39,837 nt of DNA from Octopus bimaculoides (lineage: Eukaryota). The stretch is from the NCBI RefSeq assembly GCF_001194135.2, contig NC_068986.1, positions 85,724,193-85,764,029 on the forward strand, given 5' to 3'. Below are positions 36,861 to 39,837 of the stretch, piece by piece (the first letter of the stretch is position 1; each line of letters starts with the position of its first letter). Below the pieces are notes generated by a model. The model saw only the letters and a program-made list of their open reading frames with translations. It did no database searches and was not told where the DNA came from. Made by a program: the position numbers and the translations under genes.

Positions 36861-37809
36861 TTTGACCTAGCCAGACCATACAGACTAGTAAATAATTCTA
36901 AGCTGATTTTTAACTGTCACTGATTTTTTTTTTTTTTTTGTTTCTGATTTATGGATCATCTTATCAGACCTAGTAATTCAAAGCTTAAGAGGGCACTGGC
37001 ATCTTCTTTGTAGGGAAAGGGAAAGTGGTAAACAGTATAGACAGCAAACATCGCTGATATAGTTATAAATTGTTTAAGGGTTTAGTGAAAATCTACTATG
37101 GGTAGGGGATTTTCTCTACTAGCAGACCAGTTTATAATGGAGCAGGGGAAATATTAATATAAGGCACCTAGGTCAAAAGTATATAAAACAAAACTGCTAT
37201 AATGTGTACAGATACAGTAAATGGTTATTCATAGTTTTCATTAATCAGAATAATGTATCAGTATTGTTTTACATATGCTAAGTTTGAAATACTTGAAATA
37301 CCAATACATGCTTAATTAATATGTGAATAAATAAAAGCTAATTATAAATTAATAATGAAATAAAAAGAAAAAGTGTATAATAATGTAAATAATCAATTAA
37401 TGCAGTATGCACAAACCATGAAGTGGTATTAATTTAAAATGCTATGGTAAAGTACATTTAGACTTATTTACACCAATGTAAGGAACAACAGATTAAATGT
37501 GAAATTAATTTTTTTTTCATATATATTGGACTAAAAGTTTTGAAATTAAACTTATATGTCTAATATCATTTAAAGGACACATAAGAGATAAAATGTATTA
37601 TATAACTAATGTAAAGAATTGATACATAAGATTTACATGGTTTATGATGAAAGACTCATCAAGGTTTAAGAAACTGATAAAATGAATGATTGGAATTAAC
37701 ATAGAATATAATGGTGAACTAAACTATTAATAGAGAACATGATAATTATGTACTAATTTAATTAGATTGCACTATCTTAAATTATCAGGAACTTGTGTTA
37801 ACTAACATG

Positions 37810-39837
37810 GGCTAAGTACAAAATAATAACAGAACAAGGATAAGATTTATTGTTTCTAAGTTTTAAAATTTCATGTCTCCATGGAACATAGTTCACATCT
37901 ATATCTGCTATTTCTCTAAGGTTGAGCTTTTCTTATAATTTCCCATTTAAGGCTAAAACTGGTACCACTTTCCTTTAATTCCCAAATTCTATTTGATAAC
38001 GACGTACAATTAGCCTTATGTTTAAGTCTAAAAGATGACAGGTGGTTATATATATGCTATTTCAAATTAATGGTACAGCCCATATAAATATAATTATCAG
38101 TTATAGTACTTATTGTGCATTTATATACTACGTTTCTGGTGAGACATCGACCTAATAACGGACAACGGGACTTATTTCTACAATTGCAACTAGTAGAACT
38201 ATCAACAACACCAATATTATTACTAAGATTTAAATTGTTTTTACAATTATTCGCATTGATATTAATTCCCCTATTATTAATTCTACTATCAGGCTTGTTA
38301 TCATCTCTTCTATTACTATCTAACTCAATTTCCATCGTGCTATCAGATAGAATCATTCCTGCAGCATCAGGCATACTAATATTTACTATTTCCATATATG
38401 AACTAGACCCATAATTCACATTATTATCATTAGAGGTGCTACTACTATTTATTTCAATTATACTTTCAACATCAATACTCCTATATTCATTATGTTGGTT
38501 TAAGTTATGGTTTATGGAACTAAGGATATTGCTGTTACCTTCATAATTACTATTGTCATTGTTATTTCCACTTACATTTCTGTAATTATTGGTAATGTTA
38601 TTATTGACATTGATTAAGTTATTATTGACATTTCTATGACTATTACCACCATTTTCATTTTCAACAATTCTGGCTAATGTTATGTTCTTTTTATTTAGCT
38701 ATGATTGTACCAATATTAGGGAGGGTTGAGTATGAGACTCGGACAGAATTACACGAAAAGATTCTACCATATCTGTGGGAAGAAGGAAAATTATTTTGTA
38801 AAATAGCTATAATTTTTTTGTATATGTTGGATACTTGCCAGTTGAATGGGATATTGAGCCAGACAGGAGTTTTACTTTTAAATTTATTGTGTGAGTGAGT
38901 ACAGGATACATTTTGATTACCATTATTCTCTAGGACAATATTATGATTTATAGTTTTGCATATCTTTTTTTGTAGAATTCCTATTATTTTGTAGAGTAGC
39001 TATATCATTTACATTGCCATTTCTTTTATTTAACCTAGGTTTTTTGCTAGTATTAGTAAGTAGTCTCCTATCAAAATATACTTTATTATTATTCTTATTT
39101 ATCAAAATATACTTTATTATTATTACCTAGAATGTCAGGTATGTAGGATGGTTTTTCATCACCACTAATTAAGTTAGTAGACTTACTATTACTAACATCA
39201 TAATTAATTTCTCTATCAAAATGAGTCGGCCTTCCAGGACTGAGGAAAGAAATTTTCTGGTCATATCCCGCTTTAGACAAGACAACATTGTAGTGGTATG
39301 AATGGGAATTAAAAATATCAATATTTGAAGATAATTTAGTAATTCTCACAGGAATGCTTTTTAGAATTGATTTTAATACATTGGGGGAGGGTGATTAGAT
39401 AGTTTATTCACATACCTTGTAACCTCGTTCTTTTTTCTATAGGGGTAGTACAATTCAGGATGTATGTTCGCAGTAGTGTCCCTTAAAAATACTAGCTTAG
39501 TGCCATATTCATACATAATAATTAAGTTGAAGCTTTAAAAATATTTTCTAATTTTCTTTCTCATTCTTTCAATGATTGATTTATTGTTACTAGGGATGAT
39601 GAATAAGGAAACATCCCTATATAAACCACCCGGCATTTCCGGGATTTCCTTATTTAGGCGATACAAGAGGTACGCAACTACTAGATTTGTAATTTCAGCC
39701 GAGTCGCTCGACCCCATATCTATGTATGTGTATATACAGGTTTTGCAGATAATGTATTAATTATACTTTTACGAGAAGAAGGGAAGACAGTGACTTTGAA
39801 GTTTTGGTGTGCTACTCTTCGTAGGACTATATATATA
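37810..39837 (-). pseudogene. Penelope-like retroelement (Naiad-like), RT + linker + GIY-YIG, 5' part beyond or at the window end
   Basis: MGSSDSAEITNLV (39717), GGLYRDV, SNHPP, AGY, VWLNIPF...RVSYSTLPNI, CNCRNKSRCPLLGRCLTRNVVYKC, YMGCT, LSNRIWELK, CELC. In-frame stops, frameshifts, and YRDD changed to YRDV. Confidence 0.92.

Noticed and set aside
37850-38190. Selenoprotein-type Naiad (UGA at conserved Cys positions)
   Set aside because: All conserved Cys codons here (CxC, CPL.G.C, CELC) are TGT/TGC; the stops lie at non-Cys positions and look like decay.

Overview
AT-rich, microsatellite-saturated eukaryotic genomic DNA from a draft assembly. There are 11 N-gaps totalling about 4.0 kb, and nearly all are flanked by (TA)n/(CA)n tracts. 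The repeat content points to an octopus-like cephalopod genome (inference). No intact host protein-coding gene is recognisable, and almost all ORFs in the supplied track are microsatellite, gap or antisense artefacts. The window is mostly decayed mobile DNA: three Penelope-like retroelement remnants (one Naiad-like, with RT plus GIY-YIG), three R4/Dong-type RLE LINE fragments, an RTE 3' end, a near full-length mariner, several MITEs, and about a dozen tRNA-derived SINE copies from four families (some with clean TSDs). The most notable observation is a nearly canonical minimal type I hammerhead ribozyme (28742-28806, minus strand) enclosed by a 39-bp inverted repeat. Other points of interest are retroelements stacked at (AAT)n tracts, Asn-rich expansions in the Naiad-like ORF, and an unexplained 183-nt duplicated ORF.
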